A stretch of DNA of 64,000 nucleotides from Monocercomonoides exilis PA203 (lineage: Eukaryota > Protista > Preaxostyla), in contig LSRY02000009.1 in the NCBI GenBank assembly GCA_001643675.2, positions 1,612,001 to 1,676,000 of the forward strand, written 5' to 3'. Below the pieces are notes generated by a model. That model searched no databases and was not told the origin of the DNA. It saw nothing but the letters and a program-made list of their open reading frames with translations. The first letter of the stretch is position 1. Each line of letters opens with the position of its first letter. This document shows positions 27,001 to 39,700 of this stretch, one piece after another. The translations under genes and the position numbers were made by a program.

Positions 27001-27117
27001 TTTTGACATGAAACCTGTTTCTTATGGGGGGGAAATGGGGGGGTTTCTCCTCCATTTAACTTTCATAAGAAACTGGTGGGTTACATGGTGAGTAAATCCC
27101 ACAAATTCATGTCAAAA
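27001..27117 (+). other. Predicted multi-branch RNA structure about 110 nt upstream of the transposase ATG
   Basis: Outer stem TTTTGACATGAA/TTCATGTCAAAA; long G.U-rich hairpin 27014-27076; second hairpin 27077-27101. Folded by eye. Confidence 0.6.
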
Positions 27118-27228
27118 AATTTTCAGTGAAGAATTACAACTACTGAGCAATTTACAGTTTAATATCAATATGGAAAATTAATTACTATATTTGAATTTCT
27201 AAATAATGGGAATGAAGAAAAATTACAT

Positions 27229-28821
27229 ATGAGCCAAATTTACGAAAAGGAAAAGCACACTATTGAAGAGTTGGATCAAAGATTACAGGAATCAGCCTTG
27301 CATTACACAACTGATAAAATCAACTCAAAACTTAAAAGATCTTCGCAAGAATTAGAAGAAGTCATAGAAGAAAAAACCCGTCAAATTCCACCTGCAATTG
27401 AACCTGAACCTATAAACATTCCTGATGATTGCCTCCAATTAGTTGAATGTGAAGTTACAAAAACAAAAAGGAAGCGAGGACTCCCGAAAAAAGCTGTGGT
27501 GCCAAAGATCAATGCAAAAGAGAAAAAAAAGTACAACATGCTTCCGAACAACATGAGGAACTTGCTGAAAGCCGACAAGCAGGAAGGGAAAACTCTAGCA
27601 GAATTATCGGAAAAATACAACGTGAGTATATCAACAGTTTCAAAAATTGTGCACGAAGAAGAGCCTCCGAAACAGCGAGGAGGAAAGGTCTACGAAAAAA
27701 TTACAAAAGAGGCATCTAAAAAAATGGCAGAAATAATATTACGAAAACCAACGGTTACAGCAAAAGAATTGGCAAGTTCAGTTGCAGATGTTTGCACATC
27801 ACAGCCATCAGCTTCAGCGATTGCAAAGCACTTGAAATCAAAAAAAATGGAAGAACATGAATGTCAGGTGTTCTCTGTGAAAAGATTAAGAAAATATGAA
27901 AAAGCGAGAGCAGACGAAAAGACAATGCAACTCAGGAAAGAATACGTGCAAAGATTTCTTCAAAAGCAAGTTGGTGGGAAAATGATAATTTACATCGATG
28001 AGACTGGATTTAAATCGCTTGAACTACAAACAGAAGGACGCTCTCCAGTGGGTCAGAGATGCATTCAGTACAGAGATAAAACAAAAGTGGAAACGGTAAC
28101 TGCAATTACAGCGATTTGTGAATTCTTCGAGATAACACATGTGACATTTGTCGATGGAACTGTTAACGATCAAAGCTTTCGAGTGTTCTTGCTATCACTA
28201 ATGGAAAAGTTACAAATATTCGAAAAAAATTCTTGCGTTTTCGTGATGGATAATGTGGGATTGCACAAAACAAAAGAAGTTACAGATTTAATATCATCAA
28301 AGAATTACGAAGTTCTTTACACTGCCCCTAATAGCTGTGAGTTGAATCCCATTGAATACGTATTTGGTATTTGGAAATCTCGATTATCTATTCCAAAGAC
28401 AGTTCGTACCAGTGAACAACTGATTACTCATTTAAACAAATCACTGGCTAATATCACAAGAACGGAAGTTGCAAGTTGCATAAACATGGTTAAATGCCAC
28501 TATCTTCCTTTGGCACAACAAGGAAAGGATTTGAGTGAAGTGTTTAACTTTCAACGACTGGATGATGGAGAGATACGAATTGAAGATATAACTGACGAAC
28601 TAGAAGATAACCAAATTGTTCCTTGTTCATCGGCATCTGCTTCTGCTTCTTCTGCTGTATCTCCTTGTTACGTTCATCACAGCTTTGAACAAGTTAATGC
28701 ACATTTCTCTTCTCAAAAAGACCCTGAACTTCCTTCGTCTGTGATCGAGGTTCCTGATTCGAATTCGTCGCAGGAAACAATTCATGAAAATGAAAAAAAT
28801 AACGATATGGATGTTGACTAA
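27229..28821 (+). CDS. IS630-Tc1-mariner DD34E transposase, intact 530 aa
   Basis: HTH (TLAELSEKYNVSISTVSKIV), IIYIDETG, FVMDNVGLHK, TAPNSCELNPIEYVFGIWK; 34 residues between the second D and E. Confidence 0.95.
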   Translation: MSQIYEKEKHTIEELDQRLQESALHYTTDKINSKLKRSSQELEEVIEEKTRQIPPAIEPEPINIPDDCLQLVECEVTKTKRKRGLPKKAVVPKINAKEKKKYNMLPNNMRNLLKADKQEGKTLAELSEKYNVSISTVSKIVHEEEPPKQRGGKVYEKITKEASKKMAEIILRKPTVTAKELASSVADVCTSQPSASAIAKHLKSKKMEEHECQVFSVKRLRKYEKARADEKTMQLRKEYVQRFLQKQVGGKMIIYIDETGFKSLELQTEGRSPVGQRCIQYRDKTKVETVTAITAICEFFEITHVTFVDGTVNDQSFRVFLLSLMEKLQIFEKNSCVFVMDNVGLHKTKEVTDLISSKNYEVLYTAPNSCELNPIEYVFGIWKSRLSIPKTVRTSEQLITHLNKSLANITRTEVASCINMVKCHYLPLAQQGKDLSEVFNFQRLDDGEIRIEDITDELEDNQIVPCSSASASASSAVSPCYVHHSFEQVNAHFSSQKDPELPSSVIEVPDSNSSQETIHENEKNNDMDVD

Positions 28822-29087
28822 AAATTGCTTTTTTTTAATTTTTATTTTTTGTATTTTTTAATGAATGAGTGAAGTTTTTCTTTTTATTGTTTTCTTTTCT
28901 TCACTTAAATTTTTTTTTGAAAACAATATTAACATTCATTTCAACCAATCTGTCAATGAATAATCAAAAACAAACTTAAAAATAAATTAGTGTTTTTTTT
29001 TGAAAAGAACCTCTAAAAACAACATTATATAACTATTTCAATCGCAATATTATGAACATAGAATTAATTTGAAAAAATTTAGGTACC

Positions 29088-29442
29088 TTCGAAATCGAAT
29101 TAATAATTTTCGAATTTGAAATATTAATTTTCGAATTTGAAATATTCTTTTTCGAAATTGAATTAATAATTTCCGAATTCGAATTATTAATTTTCGATTT
29201 TGAATTATTAATTCCGAAATCGAATTATTTTTTTTCGAAATTGAAATATTAATTCCGATTTTGAATTATTCTTTTTCGATTTTGAATTATTAATTCCGAA
29301 TTTGAATTATTTTTTTTCGAAATTGAAATATTAATTCCGAAATCGAATTATTTTTTTTCGATTTCGAATTATTAATTCCGAAATCGAATTATTTTTTTTC
29401 GAAATTGAATTATTTTTTTTCGAATTAGAATTATTTTTGGTG
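29088..29442. repeat. Right TIR: about 17 copies of the 20-21-bp unit
   Basis: Tandem array ending in the terminal GAATTATTTTTGGTG. Confidence 0.9.
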
Positions 29443-30801
29443 TAATTGACGAAATAATAATAATTCAGACAATTAGTAAACCAATAACTTTTGTTGTGAT
29501 TATTCTTCACAAATTTTCTTCTTTTTTTCTGAGAACGAAATCTGTTAGTCTCGTCTTTGCTTCGTTATTAATTCCTAAAAAAAATAGTCAAATCCCTACT
29601 TCTTTTTATTCTTTCACTCAAATGACTCCAATTGCTCGCCTCCTAAAAACAAACAAAGAAAGTTAAAAGGCGTTGATGATGCTGATGTAGATGAAGGCAA
29701 AAACGGATAGGAAAATAAGGAAGGTTAAGAAGAATTTAAAAAAAAAGATAACTTGTTGAATGAAACATGGCGAAAATGATAAAAGCGAATAACGTTTATG
29801 AAAAATACATATATTTAACAAAGAAAAGTTGATCGGAAGGAGCGCAACAAAAAAAATAATCTGGATTATTCATTTGAAGGTTGAAAAAATTACAGAAAAC
29901 AGAAATAACATTGAATAAATTCTTGCTTGGTTCTGGAAGATTATGAAGATGCAATTTGATAAATTTCACTTGTCATAATCTTCCAGAAGTTGCGGAAAAT
30001 GAAACAAGGAGAAAAAGAGGTTTTTTGGTAAAGGGTTATTCGAATGTCAGTTCAATGAAGAATAAAAGATGAAGAATTTAATTCAGTTGCAAAATTATTA
30101 AAAACTTAAATTGTCAATTGTGAACAATTTTCCTATCAAACATAACGTTGAAGAATTATTTTGAAAATAATAAATAATTGAAACTGGAAAGTTCACAAAC
30201 TGATATCGCTTCACGTTCCGACACATTGTGAAGAATTACTGTCTTTCAGAGAAGTCTTGTGTTCCTTTTTTTGTCAATAGAATGATAATGAATTTTATTT
30301 TGTTGGATAATCAAAACAATTTCATATAACCTATTATTCATTTCGCTCATCTTTTTCAATTTATTTTGCGGTTAATAATTTTCATTCCTTTGTTCCTTTC
30401 ATTCGTTGCTTTGTTATTTTCAATGCAACATTTTCGATTTAGCTGAACTTCTGTTTTTGAAAAACAATTACATAAAAATAAGCTCTATTTATTGATCAAA
30501 TATTTCCTTCTGCAGTGTTTCATAATTGAAACATCTTCTCTTTTCGAATCAGCTGCAAACAACAAAAAGTTAAAAAAGTTTGATATGAAGAGAGGAACAA
30601 CAGAAAAGATGAAAACAAACAGTTTTCACAAGAAGTTCACTTTAAATTAATGAATTTTCCATTTCCGCATTTACAAAGTTAAAAAATATTCGACAAAGTT
30701 TCGATAATTAAGTTTTTTGTATAAAAGATGGGAAAAACCATTATTACTTCGTCAATTTGTTTGGTTTCGCATCGAATTTCTATTCAGAAATAACTGAATA
30801 A

Positions 30802-33800
30802 ATGCTTTTTTCGGATCTATCTGCATCTCGTAAAAGTGAAAAGTGCGCAGATGTCTGGAATTTTATTGAGGAAAAATCCACTTATCAGGCTGTGAAAATG
30901 TTGAAGTTCATGTTCCTTCACACAAATAAAGGAAAAAAGTTTTTCACAAAGATTCAGAAAATTTTTGATGGTTTGTTATTGGTTTTTTCATTTATTGAGG
31001 TTATAACTTCCATTGTTCAAAATGGCAACTTCAGAAAAATGGAAATGTATTTTATTAAGAATAGCAAGTCTATATAATTCGGAGGACAACAAGCATGTAA
31101 AAGTGGCACTGTTGAAAACAGTTTGCCATGAATATAGCTTCGATCAATTGGAGAAGTATGGATTTAATTGCACAATAGGCAATAATAAATATGCAAAACA
31201 GAGCTCCTCGAATTTAAGTTTCGATGTTTCTCAAAGGAAAAGGCAATCTTTTAATAACACAAAATCAAGTTTGTTGGTTCAAAATGCAATTTAAAGGATT
31301 ATTTCGATTCATCAACTTATTCTATTGTTTAACTCAGAATTAAGTTTTGAAGATGTAATCAAGTTTGAAAAATTCATTATGACCAACTCAACAGAATCTT
31401 CTGAATGTTCAAGATTTGAGAAAAAATACAATAAAAGTTTGTAATTTTTGTTAATAAATTAAAAACTTCATATTTTTTTCGATCATAAATCTTTTTTGAA
31501 AAAATCAGAGAAAAAATCACTCGAAACTTATAACGACGATTTCACAATTTTGAATTGTGAAGATTTGCATGAAAAAGACGTTGATCCACTTCGTAGCTTT
31601 TTCGAATCAAATCGAACTGTTTCGAACAACATTTCGGATTCATTTGTAGATGATAACGTGCAAGGACAAATGGAAGATGATAGTGACAATGATTTATTCT
31701 TGGACGTTGATAAAACAGATGATATCGACTCGATTGATCATTCTTCCATCAGAACGAGCAAACAAATTGAGTGTTCTTGCAATGGAACACAAGAAGCGCA
31801 ATCATTTTCTCAAATATCAGACATAGCAATGGATATTGAATTACCTACAGATGAATCATCCAGAATTATTCATGATGATTCAAATACTTGTGATGTGATT
31901 TCCATCTCTGAAGAAAATGAAATTATTGTTGATATGGTTGATACACAATCATTTATGGATAATTGTCCATTTACACCTTTGCCAAACATTGGAAATACCT
32001 GTTGTGTTGCATCCTTGGTTCAACTGTTTCGATCATTATTTCAACGATGTGGTCAATTGAAAAGGCGAGTGGGGAAGTTCGCTCAAATATCATTGAATCT
32101 TCATTCTCTTTGCGCACCTGAAATAATAATGGACAAAGCTCGAAACTCGAAAGAAGAAGTGAAATGGACGAATGAATTCTTAACTCGTTGGTACAAGAAA
32201 AACAATCTATCAATTGGTTGCCAACAAGAATTGTACTGTGTATTCGCAAAGATGTTTCAAGATTTAACATCTGTGACACCAGAACTGAATAATTTAAGAA
32301 CACAACAATCTGTTATCAAAGAACATGCACGATTTGCAAAGAATCCTTCAATGGAGCATCAGAAACAACTCCAATAATCAGGGTTCAAGGATCCAGCATT
32401 CGTGATGCATTGAATAATTCCTTTGAACTTGATGAAAACAATTCGAATAATCGCAAAGCCTTTTGTTCCAACTGTGATGCTGACACTTATCATTTATCTC
32501 AATTCAAAATTTCTCACTTCCCTCGATTCTTGACTTTTTCACTTGAACAAATAACTAACCAAAATTTAGAAAACTACAAGATTCATTTATCATTGTCATT
32601 CTTCAATGAAAAAGGACATCAGAAGGTGAGTGACATTACAACAAAAGATGGAGACAATTATTCACTTACATCACAACTGTTTTTCACAGGAAATGACAAC
32701 AATGGTCATTTCTTTTGTATTTGCAAAGAAAGAAACAAATGTTCTCAAGATTCCTCAATGATAAATGATTCATGGTTTTTATGCAGCGATGGAACAGTGT
32801 CAAAAATATCCAATGAAATTTCAACAGAATTTACTTATCATTTGGCAAATGGAGCAAAACCATATATATCTGTTTACGAGAAGATAGAAAAAAGTGTGAA
32901 TGATAACATCAGCAATGTGTTATCTCCAAACTTGATGTCAACAGTTGTTCATAACGAATTGAATTCGAGAGATAACAGAAGCATTAATCAATCATTTCTG
33001 AACCTGAACGAGGACGAACAAATAACACCGTTTATTCAATCAAATAGTGATTCCTCTTTTGCCAACGATATCGGAGATTCATTTCAACTTCCACCCAACT
33101 CAACATTTCACTCATCTCAGCAATTAACCTCAACATTTCAACATATAAATTCCACATATTCTGCTTCAACTCAAACATTTCAGTCAGCACCTTTAACTAC
33201 AAACACAAATAATAAACATAAATTATCTTCAACTGTTTTCCATCCTTCAATTTCTGACATTCCAGCTCATTCTTCCAATTATTATAGAAAACCAAAAAAA
33301 TCTGTCAGATTAATCAACACATCAAAAGTCAAGCTGTTCGAAAAGATGAAAGATGAACTTGATATAGAGATGTCGCTAAGCACATTTTATAAGAGGACAA
33401 AGAATCTCAAATAGGCAAAAAAAAGAAGTGATCTTTGCGACTTGTGTGTCACTTTTGAAAGTTTACATAAAAAGAAGAATTTCCTCAAGGCAAAAAACGA
33501 AACTTTATGTGAGAAAGATCAATCAACATTGAAATTAATCGAAAATCATCGTAAACTAGCTAGACATCAACAGCTTTATTTCCGTCAATTGAAGGATAAC
33601 TTAAACTCAGATGAAGCTTTGATTCTATTTGATTTTAAAGAAAATTGGTCCCTGCCAATACGTAAAAATCAAATTTGCAAAGATTTCTATGAAAAAGTTG
33701 AAGTTTCTCAACTGTGTGTTATTGGATTCATCAAAGATGAGAAAGGCAACTTGGTCAAACACATATTCAACTTTTTTTCAAACACTCTATCGCACGATTA

Positions 33801-34446
33801 TCGCTTTTCAATTGGTTGCCTTCAAGAAGTGTTAAATCACCAGTTGTTCAGTCAGAAAGATTGTTTTCATTTCATATGCGATACAGGCCCCCACTTCAGA
33901 AATTCCTTCCTTCTTCACTATTTGCTGTCAGACAATTCTTCATTTGCAAAAGGGAAAAAAACTACTCTATCATTTTTCTGCGAACACCACGGAAAATGCG
34001 AATGTGATGGAGAGTTTGGCCATTTATCAAAATGCATTCAAAATGAGCTTGACGATGAAACAGTTATAGAAAATGTTGATGATCTCATTGCGTTCTTTCA
34101 AAAAAATGCATCTCATTGTGCCTCATACAAAAGAAATTCTATTGATGGAAGAGTAAAGCTGCATCGTCATTTTTTAAGGTTTGAAATAACTTGTTTCGGT
34201 TTTAATTTCTTTAATATTATTTTCCATTGTTTATTCAATAAATTTTTTGTTTGAATCGACAACAGGTTTTATCCATCAAACAAAATACTTTGGAAAAAAA
34301 TGGAACTGAAAAATATGAAAACTTATTTATTTTATGAAAAGCGTGGAGGTGAAGTTTTCAGATCAGTCGCATCGCCATCCAACGGCAAAGGAAAATACAA
34401 AGTGCAGTTCGGAGAAAAAAGAGTTAGAGACGAGAGGCCTTTTTAA
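30802..34446 (+). pseudogene. Copy 1: Sola2-like DDD transposase with inserted USP/C19 deubiquitinase domain; 4 introns, one frameshift, one in-frame TAG
   Basis: USP Cys box PLPNIGNTCCVASLVQ and His box NGHFFCIC..WFLCSDGTV. Transposase motifs MSLSTFYK..DLCDLC, LFDFKENW, FICDTGPHFRN, FFCEHHGKCECDGEFG. GTTTG..AG introns at 30971-31034, 31269-31337, 31437-31508 and 34179-34265 keep the frame. 1-nt loss near 32292; TAG at 33412-33414. Confidence 0.85.
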
Positions 34447-34619
34447 ACATTTAAAACTCGAAACAAAACTTGACAACCACACAGCGTGGGAAACAATACC
34501 TTAAGGTTGTTTGAGAACAGAAAAAAACTGGACAATCAGATTTTTAAATGAATTTTTTTCATAATAATGTTGTTCTTTTTATTGATTCTTTTGAATTTGT
34601 TTTTATTCAAATTTTGTTT

Positions 34620-34810
34620 CTTGAGTTGTCTGTTGCTCAAGCTTTGAATTATTGTGAAAACAATAATTTCAAAGTGCCCTCTTTTGCGCCTGTGCAAAAA
34701 CATGAGAGCTAGGCTGATTCCGTCCTGGGACTGTGCTGTGACCGGTCCAGCACAGTCCCTTGAAGGCTTTGGGTCCAGAATCAGTTTCCCAGGGCAGACG
34801 CTCTTGAAAC
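34620..34810 (+). ncRNA. Putative structured RNA downstream of transposase copy 1
   Basis: GC-rich island with stems TTATTGT-GAAA-ACAATAA, TTTTGCG/TGCAAAA, GCTGATTC/GAATCAGT, a perfect 12-bp GGGACTGTGCTG/CAGCACAGTCCC and TGCCCT/AGGGCA. Motifs ACATGA (34700) and TCCCAGG (34787). Confidence 0.55.
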
Positions 34811-35853
34811 AATTTTTGAAATAAAACAAATTTCATTTATTTTATTGAGTTCTTTAACAGTACTGTTAATATTTCTAATTTTTGACTATTTTTTTCAATT
34901 TTTTTGTAGAAATTTATTGTTTGGCTCTTTTGAAAAACAAGTTGTTATTAGATAAAATATTGTTTGAGTACAATTTTTTTGTTTTGAAAAAATTACCAAA
35001 ATACAAATGAATGAAGAAATAGAAAAGTGGATTTTTGAAGTTTTCCATAAGAAAAAATAATCAGAAAAGTCAAACATTTAACAAAGAACAATATTTGAAA
35101 AAAATTATTTAACATTTGTAATTTTTAATGAAGGACCGAAAAAAAGGATGATTTTGATAAAAATGTGCCATATCGAAAAGAAGAAGAAAGAGAAGGAGAA
35201 GTTAAAGATTGCGGAAAATAGCGGACGAACGGAATGATGTGAAAAGGTTGCTTAATCGTTGTGCTGAGAGAACAAGCATATAAGGTGATTGTTTATGAAG
35301 ATGAGAGACGAAGAATAGGAAGGCAAAGAGGAAGAGGAAGACGATGAAACATATTTACAAAATGAACACATTCTGAATTTTGTGGAGAAAAAGAAGACTG
35401 AAAGGAAGAGAAGACGACTACGATAAAGACGAAGGAAACAAATATGAAAGAAGAGGAAGAAGAAGAATTATACGAGCAAAAAATGGATTTGAAGACATTT
35501 TCAGCAGGAGTAGAATGCATTGTTGTGGTGCAATCGGAATAAGTCATATTTGAAAATCTCAGCAAACAGGAAAAAGTGAAATCCTCGTGATGCAAAAGAA
35601 GAATATTATATCGCATCAGCGTTGTGGATGAATGAAATGTTGAAGCTTCAAACTGGTGCTTGATTGAAATAGTTACATTTCAAATGACTTTGAAGAATAA
35701 GAGCATGAAGACTCAAATTCTATTTGATATTTGACGTCTGTTGTAAGAATCAAATGTTCTATATATTGAAATGCGAACAAAATTGTTGTTCTGTCACTGA
35801 ACACAATGAATCTCCATATAAAAATTCGATGAAAAAAATGAAGTTTCAGATGC

Positions 35854-36458
35854 ATTTCTGAAAGATGAATTATTATTCTTTCATTTTCACTGATATTCCA
35901 TCTCAGGCTGACAAATTATTTATGAAAAAAATCGTATTGGTTGCTATTATTGCAGCTTTTTTAATAGAAATAAAATGAGAATATGGTTCAAATACATTAA
36001 TTGCTTTGCGCTTTGCTCACAAAAATATCCACATGAAAATTAATGCATATTTATTTTTGACACAATAAAATACAAAAAATTATAAATACGTTCCATTTTC
36101 CTGAAAATATGTCAAATTGAAAAGCTCGATCACAAAAGTGGTCACTAATTTTTCATCGGATTTTGCAACAAACAGACATTAAAAGATGTGGGGAAGCTGT
36201 CTGCGTGGAAATCTGAGAAAAAATTAGTGACCACTTTTGTGATCGCCAGTCATTTAGAAAAACACTTTTATTAAGGTTCTCATCAGATTTGATCCGTTGA
36301 ACGATCGGAACTATTATAAAACTGAAAATTGAAATGACTGGCGATCACAAAAGTGGTCACTAATTTTTTCTCAGATTTCCACGCAGACAGCTTCCCCACA
36401 TCTTTTAATGTCTGTTTGTTGCAAAATCCGAAGAAAAATTAGTGACCACTTTTGTGAT
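35854..36458. repeat. Left 605-bp TIR with nested palindrome (36128-36459)
   Basis: GATCACAAAAGTGGTCACTAATTTTT occurs four times in alternating orientation. Confidence 0.95.
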
Positions 36459-36772
36459 CATTATTTAGAAAATGAATAAAATTGAATATATTGTTTTTCT
36501 TTATTTTAATTTTTTTTGTGACAATGGTTTAATAACTTTTTCACACATTGACTTTGACACTTTGGAGTTATTGCTGATGATGAAATTTCGGAATAATTTT
36601 TCATTTATAAATATTATTGAATAAATTTCTGAGTAATTGATTTTTCATTTCATTTTTTCTTATCTGTGAAATCAACAAACTTGCATTTGAAAATTTCACT
36701 CAAAAATGACGCTTTGTCATTAATGAAATTGCATGTGCTTTTTCCCATAAAAAATTCAAAAAAATCCCAATT

Positions 36773-39700
36773 ATGTCTTTTACGAAACCTCAATCAACTC
36801 TTTATTCAAAATGCAAAGTTTTATGGAATGAAATTGAACGCATCGGTGGAGATGACGTTGATTCATTGCTTGTCTATTTGTTTTACACTTACAGGCAATC
36901 ATCTTCAGTTATTAACAATTTGCTGAAGTCATTGAACGGTTTGATTTTTATTTTTTGAATTTTTATATAGAAAATTTTCTGAACTGTCATCCTTGTCATT
37001 TTCTTTTTGATTTGTTTATTATTTATTTTTTTTCTAACAGAATATCACATTAAGCTGCTTGAAGACTTGTCTGTGGTGTATAACAACGCTCCTTTGCACA
37101 CTCAGACAACAATGCTACAGGCGTTGTCTCGAAACACATCATTATCCGGTTTACAAGACTATGGATATGATGTGACAGAAGGCAAATTTATTTATGCGAA
37201 ACAAACATTAAAGAAAAACCAAGGATTTATCATCCCTCCTGAAAAACCTCATCTTCCGTTTTGCAAAAGTGGTTTGAATTTAAAAATATTTTTTATCAAA
37301 TAATTTTCTCTGTTTATTTAGGTTTGAATGAACAGGACTGGGAAAAGGGCAACAACTGGATGTTGGCACATTCCACCGAAGCCTCCACTTCTCTCCAATC
37401 TGCAAAGAAAAAGCAGCGAGCTGAGCCAGATTACGCCAGATTTATTGATGAAGATGCCTGGGAAAATGAAATTGTTACAGAAAACTCTTCTTCAAATAAA
37501 AAACTATCTTCTTCTTCAACATCATCTCAACACAATAAAAATTCAAAAACCATTTCAGAAAAAAATACTTCTTCTTCAAATTCTTCTCCTTCTCAAGCTG
37601 TTGATGCACCTATCAGTACTCCAATTAGGAGAGAAAGGGGGTCAACAAAAAGAAAAACAAACAAATCATGTCATAAACGTTATTCTTCTCCTTCGCCCAT
37701 CCCAATTCACAAATTCTTCAAAACAAAAAAATCATCAACTTCTTCTTCTTCTCCTCCTCCTCCATCCTCTTCTTCTTCCTCTTCCTCTTCCTCTTCCTCC
37801 TCCTCCTCCTCTTCTATTTCTCCCTCATTCTCATCTCTGTCTCAACAAACCAAAATGCCCTTGACACCAAAGCGTACTTCATCAAAGCCAGTTTTGAGAC
37901 CGAAATCAGCAGCAGTCAACGACAAAGCAAAGAATTTGAATTCCACATCAGGAAAACCTTCTTCTTCTCCATCCATTTCATCTTCTTCTTCCTCTTCCTC
38001 ATCTTCTTCTTCTGCTTCTTCCTCTTCTTCCTCTTCTCCTTCTTCCTCTTCCTCTTCCTCTTCCTCTTCTTCCATTCTTTCAACTCCAACTTACTCTTCG
38101 TTGTTTCCATTGAGTGCATCTTCTGCTTCTTCTATTGTTACTCCACCAACAAAACTATCTTCCTCTTCCTCTTCCTCTTCCTCTTCCTCTTCCTCTTCCT
38201 CTTCCTCTTCCTCTTTTTCATATTCTTCCTCTTTATCCAAAAAGCAACAAAACATATCGAAAAATACGATAATAACTGACAATTCTTCTTCATCCAATAG
38301 AAATGAAAATGTGAGGGTGAGCGAGCAATTTCTTGAATATGTTTCTTCTCCCACTCTAATTCCTCCACATGCATTTCAAGATCTTCTGTCTTCATTTGTT
38401 AAAGACAGCATCACTTCTCCATCTCAACACAAAACCCGTGAAGACAATAGAATTTGTTCAAATCATGAAAATTCTTCGCGTATCATGAACAACAGAAACA
38501 CAATGGATATTTATTCTTCAACTTGTTCTCCTTCTCCATCGATTTCTTCAAGTGTCAAAACCGCTTCAATTGCTTCATCAAAAACAAAGAAAGGATTGGA
38601 AAATCTTGGAAACACTTGCTATCTTGCCTCTCTCCTTCAATGCTTCTCTTCAATAACTTCACAAAAACAATCAATTATAACAAACACAACATCAAAAAAC
38701 AATTTATCTTCTCGTGTTTTGAGTGTTTGTCAACAACTTGCAAAAGATGGAACATTAGTGCGTTCGTGGGTCCCATCACTGATCAACAAATGGGAAACAT
38801 TTTGCGGATACGGAAGTGGGCAACAACAGAATGTGATAGAGGCATTTGAAAATCTTCATCAACTTCTTCAAAATGATAAGATAATTAAAAAGGACACCTT
38901 CAATCCAGTGCTCATTACACATTTCAAATGTCAAAAATGTCAAAAAGTTTCAAATCATTTTAATGAATCTTGTTGCAATATTGTCATCAATGCATCATCA
39001 CCTCACAAAGGTTTATCTTCACTTTTTGCAACAGAAATTTTGGATGGAAAGAACAATGTTTATTGCGATGAATGCAAAGAGAAATGCTGTGCTGCTCGAT
39101 GGGAGGAAATGGCTGCATTTCCAGAGGTTCCAGCCATCTGTCACGAATGCACTGAAACTTCTTGCTCTGCACCTTCAAAAACCTTCGTCATGGAAACCGA
39201 TAGAGTGAATCAGCGTTCGTTTTGCAAAGGATTTTCAAATGATAATTTTCAACATCTCCTGGAGAACTATAAAGAAGTGTATTTTTATCATTTTGTTGGG
39301 CAAATTCTTCATAAACAGTTGGATCAAAGAAATGGCCATTATATCGCTGTCATCAAAAGAAATAGAGGAAACGATGTCTCATGGAATATTTGCAACGATG
39401 CTGATGTGACAGAACTGAACATCGAAAATTGGACAAAGGCATGGAAGGATCTTTACGCACAAGGTTACAATTCATCACTCTCATTCTATACCAAAGAAAA
39501 AACAAAACCAACGTTTTCAACTATTCAATTTGGTGGTTCCTCCTCTTCTTCAGAAACATCCAATAACAACACTTTAAATAACACATCAACAACAACAACA
39601 CCATCATCATCGTCTCCATTCATCACACCATCTCCTCGAACAACTTCCATTTCACAACTTTCTTCATCAATCACATCTTCATATGGATTAGAAGCACTAA

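Larger units (their letters stand above)
20945..29442 (+). mobile_element. 8.5-kb IS630-Tc1-mariner DNA transposon with cargo
   Basis: TA|CACCAAAAATAATTC at 20945 and GAATTATTTTTGGTG|TA ending 29442. Inverted minisatellite arms; DD34E transposase inside. Confidence 0.8.

Noticed and set aside
29088-29442. CRISPR-like array
   Set aside because: Units abut without unique spacers and mirror 20945-21140; they are TIR minisatellites.
29445-35853. TIRs or TSD for USP-transposase copy 1
   Set aside because: No convincing inverted pair found by eye; boundaries left undefined.
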